From: a bacterium
GTDB lineage: Bacteria; Patescibacteriota; Patescibacteriia; Magasanikbacterales; GWA2-37-8
Length of the DNA stretch: 34,683 nt
NCBI GenBank assembly: GCA_021812425.1
Contig: JAKANM010000003.1
Coordinates: 1-34,683 of the forward strand
Direction: 5' to 3'
The position numbers and the translations under genes were made by a program. The notes beneath the pieces are model-generated. The model was not told the DNA's origin. It did no database searches and was given only the letters and a program-made list of their open reading frames with translations. Below are positions 33,675 to 34,683 of the stretch, one piece after another. The stretch's first letter is position 1. Each line of letters starts with the position of its first letter.

Positions 33675-34073
33675 TTAAACGCCTTCGTGAATAGTGATTG
33701 AATCGCCTGGTTTCAATGTTACCATCGCTTTTTTGAAATCTGATCGTTTGCCTTGGCCTTTGCCAAAACGAACGCGGTGTCCTTCAACATTCAAAACTCG
33801 AACTGATGTCGGACTAACCCCATAAAGTTCCTTCACAGCGGCAACGATTTGTGTCTTGTTGGCAGTCTTATCAACTATAAAGGAATAGGTTCGGAATGCG
33901 CTCTGCGCGGTAGCGGATTTCTCGGTAACCAACGGTCGAACAATCACCCGAATGGTTTCACCAGACGCTTTCGCAACATTCGCAGGGGCGACAACTTTTT
34001 GTTCAACTTCAACCGCCTCAGCCTTTGGAGCCTTCGCAGTTTTGGTTTTTCGTAATTTATCCATTATTCCCAT
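33675..34073 (-). CDS. rplW: 50S ribosomal protein uL23 with N-terminal extension
   Basis: P-x-VTEKS, Y-x-F-x-V, ANK-x-QI, KKA-x-VTL; about 40 extra N-terminal residues. Confidence 0.95.
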   Translation of the reverse strand: MGIMDKLRKTKTAKAPKAEAVEVEQKVVAPANVAKASGETIRVIVRPLVTEKSATAQSAFRTYSFIVDKTANKTQIVAAVKELYGVSPTSVRVLNVEGHRVRFGKGQGKRSDFKKAMVTLKPGDSITIHEGV

Positions 34074-34079
34074 ATGCCT

Positions 34080-34683
34080 TTATTTAGATAAAACTTCCTC
34101 GATCTTTTTGATCCCTTCAACGCTCGTAATGATCGCCTGCTTTGACAATAATTCAACAACATTCAAATCCTCGGCGCGAGCGGTCTTAACAGCCTTCAAA
34201 TTGTTGGTGACTTTCAAAACCTTGGCATCTTTGCCGGCGGTAACAACCAAAAAAGTTCTTTGTTTGGCCGGTAAAGCTTTCAAAAAAGCGGCAAATAACT
34301 TGGTCTTCGGTTCAGCAAAAGAAAAATCTTCCACTACCCAAAGCGCGCCATTTTGGGCCTTGTCGGACAAACACATGCGAGTAGCAAGGCGTCGGGTTTT
34401 TTTGTTGATCTTGGTAACGTAATTGCGGATTGAAAGCGGACCAAACGCCACGCCGCCGCCCTTCCAAATCGGGGAACGGATTGAACCGTGACGAGCGCGA
34501 CCGGTACCTTTCTGTTGCCACGGCTTCTTGCCGCCGCCATGAACTTCACCGCGATTTTTGGTGTCGGCCCATGATTCGCGCGCGTTATTGCGCTGAGCGA
34601 CAAAAACTTCGTGGATAATTTCCGGCTTTACGGCAACATTAAAAATCTTCTCGTTCAAATCGAGTTCCTTTACTTCCTTACCT
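34080..34683 (-). CDS. rplD: 50S ribosomal protein uL4; 5' end lies outside the window
   Basis: TK-x-RGEV-x-GGGKKPWQQKGTGRARHGSIRSP-x-WKGGG; the frame stays open to the window edge (GKEVKELDLNEK). Confidence 0.97.
   Translation of the reverse strand, partial: GKEVKELDLNEKIFNVAVKPEIIHEVFVAQRNNARESWADTKNRGEVHGGGKKPWQQKGTGRARHGSIRSPIWKGGGVAFGPLSIRNYVTKINKKTRRLATRMCLSDKAQNGALWVVEDFSFAEPKTKLFAAFLKALPAKQRTFLVVTAGKDAKVLKVTNNLKAVKTARAEDLNVVELLSKQAIITSVEGIKKIEEVLSK

Noticed and set aside
40-34618. Many short antisense or off-frame ORFs in the track
   Set aside because: They lie within well-supported genes and show no recognisable motifs.

Overview
Core-genome window of a bacterium that is almost certainly Patescibacteria (CPR). 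This is an inference from the missing rpmD/uL30 in the spc cluster, the near-absence of Shine-Dalgarno sequences, a VirB2-like pilin fusion, a truncated Rel and very tight gene packing. TGA is used as a stop, so the code is standard code 11. Left to right: the 3' end of a ClpC-type ATPase; a co-oriented envelope module (hydrophobic-hairpin protein, membrane-anchored beta-propeller, DsbA-fold protein lacking CxxC, and a Cys-rich VirB2/TrbC-like pilin fused to an M15 Zn-peptidase); radA; recG; a monocistronic 70-aa membrane protein; tRNA-Arg(GCG); a 2-TM protein behind tRNA-Val(CAC); LCP-der-pth-dprA-topA-rel; parB-parA; tRNA-Leu(CAA) plus a metallophosphoesterase; adk-map-ruvX-recO-asnS; an 85-aa monocistronic cassette between secY and adk; and the S10-spc cluster from secY to partial rplD. 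Best leads: (1) the pilin-peptidase module, a candidate host-wall-attacking surface system; (2) a dispersed ~65-nt intergenic hairpin element (two full copies, one variant) with a covarying 13-bp stem and tandem G.A pairs, which folds better on the template strand than on the mRNA; (3) T at position -1 in 37 of 41 start codons; (4) tRNA-Arg with a GCG anticodon. No transposase, integrase, prophage or CRISPR array was seen. All family calls are by eye; no searches were run.
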